This document shows positions 63,287 to 64,000 of a DNA stretch of 64,000 nt, piece by piece. The stretch lies in contig JBAYZO010000005.1 in NCBI GenBank assembly GCA_041672465.1, positions 4,686-68,685 on the forward strand. The letters run 5' to 3'. The DNA comes from Eubacteriales bacterium (GTDB lineage: Bacteria > Bacillota > Clostridia > Oscillospirales > CAG-382). The translations under genes and the position numbers were made by a program. The notes below the pieces were generated by a model. It saw only the letters and a list, made by a program, of their open reading frames with translations, searched no databases and was not told the origin of the DNA. Numbering within the stretch: the first letter of the stretch is position 1; each line of letters starts with the position of its first letter.

Positions 63287-64000
63287 ATGGCAAAATTCAC
63301 AAAGCTTTTCAAAAACAAGAAGACGCTCCGAGGTATAGGCGGCTGGGCTGTCTTCTTGGGGCTGGCTTACGCGGTTTCAATTGTATTTCTTATGGAAGGC
63401 AGTTCCCTTTACCTCCCGCTCGCCGTCAGCTTGGGCGTGGCGGCGCTCGGCATTTTGCTGATTGTGGCGACATATAAAGCAATCCCCGGGGAAATGCCTA
63501 AGGCGGATATTAAATCCGCCACCAAAAAGCTGACAATAACAGCGGTTCTGTTGGGGCTTACCGCCATAACAAAGTTTTTTTCGTTGAATATAGTAATTTT
63601 TGGCGGCAGCGGAATGAGAGTGGGGCTCGGGGGCGTTTTTACCACTTTCCCCGCAATCCTCTTCGGCCCCATTTACGGGGGAATGGCGTCCGCCGCGTCG
63701 GATATTTTAGGGTGTATTATCTCCCCCATAGGCGCCTACAACCCGCTTTTTACCCTCACGGCGTTTTTAGGCGGGCTTATCAAGGGGCTTGTCTGGTTAG
63801 CGCTTAAAAAGTCGTCACCCCGCCGCCTGCGATTGAGCGTTGCCGCCGCTTTTGGGGTGGTGGCTATCTTAGGCGGCGTGTTTTACGCCTCGCTCGCCGC
63901 CGACGGCGTGAGCTCTTCTGTCATCGCAAGGTATGACAGCGTTAAGTCAAAGGCGTATGTTCAGGAAACTGACGTCAGCTTTTTTACCGGGCTTATAACA
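63287..64000 (+). CDS. ECF transporter S-component-like membrane protein (FolT-like), 3'-truncated by the window edge
   Basis: Hand-translated open frame from ATG 63287 to the window end (absent from the ORF track). Multi-TM, with GGVFTTFPAILFGPIYGGMASAASDILG typical of S components. Confidence 0.55.
   Translation, partial: MAKFTKLFKNKKTLRGIGGWAVFLGLAYAVSIVFLMEGSSLYLPLAVSLGVAALGILLIVATYKAIPGEMPKADIKSATKKLTITAVLLGLTAITKFFSLNIVIFGGSGMRVGLGGVFTTFPAILFGPIYGGMASAASDILGCIISPIGAYNPLFTLTAFLGGLIKGLVWLALKKSSPRRLRLSVAAAFGVVAILGGVFYASLAADGVSSSVIARYDSVKSKAYVQETDVSFFTGLIT

Overview
The window looks like a roughly 50% GC chromosomal segment from a spore-forming Firmicutes/Clostridia-type bacterium. This rests on sigG, yunB and gdpP-rplI-dnaB synteny, and on consensus sigma-A promoters with TGn-extended -10 boxes. 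Most of it is housekeeping.

Minus-strand block, 1.7-23 kb: ahcY, a cobalamin-riboswitch-controlled DUF4430 lipoprotein plus ECF S-component, sigG, an RNA methyltransferase, ftsH, tilS, dnaB, rplI, gdpP, a type IIA topoisomerase pair and trpS.

Plus-strand block, 45-61 kb: a clpC-like gene, ylxM-ffh-rpsP-KH-rimM-trmD, a polytopic membrane protein with two DUF4330 genes, an HPr-like gene, uvrC, rsmD, coaD and dehydrogenases.

Mixed-orientation middle, 23-45 kb: several conserved operons of unknown function.
- PduL / NifU-like / GGGtGRT / TIM-barrel.
- DUF1538 plus a tandem P-II-like protein.
- A two-gene AmmeMemoRadiSam system whose radical-SAM gene is frameshifted.
- An ECF sigma / anti-sigma / serpin unit.

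RNA calls: tRNA-Val(UAC), a cobalamin riboswitch and a THF-type riboswitch upstream of a 3'-truncated ECF S-component.

The signals least explained by ordinary annotation are non-coding:
1. A 190-bp module duplicated at 279-bp spacing immediately 3' of tRNA-Val. It is built from ATGAAGC/GCTTCAT 7-mers interleaved with unique mini-hairpins.
2. A dispersed three-hairpin intergenic element that includes a perfect 22-bp palindrome, ATTGAAAGACnnGTCTTTCAAT. It is amplified upstream of ldhA, inserted between ylxM and ffh, and present as a solo palindrome before rimM. One hairpin shows a compensatory base-pair change between copies.
3. Shared (GATAAGA)n homopurine tracts in two gene junctions.

No CRISPR array, transposase, integrase or recognisable defence genes were seen. 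All family assignments come from motif recognition by eye and need database confirmation.
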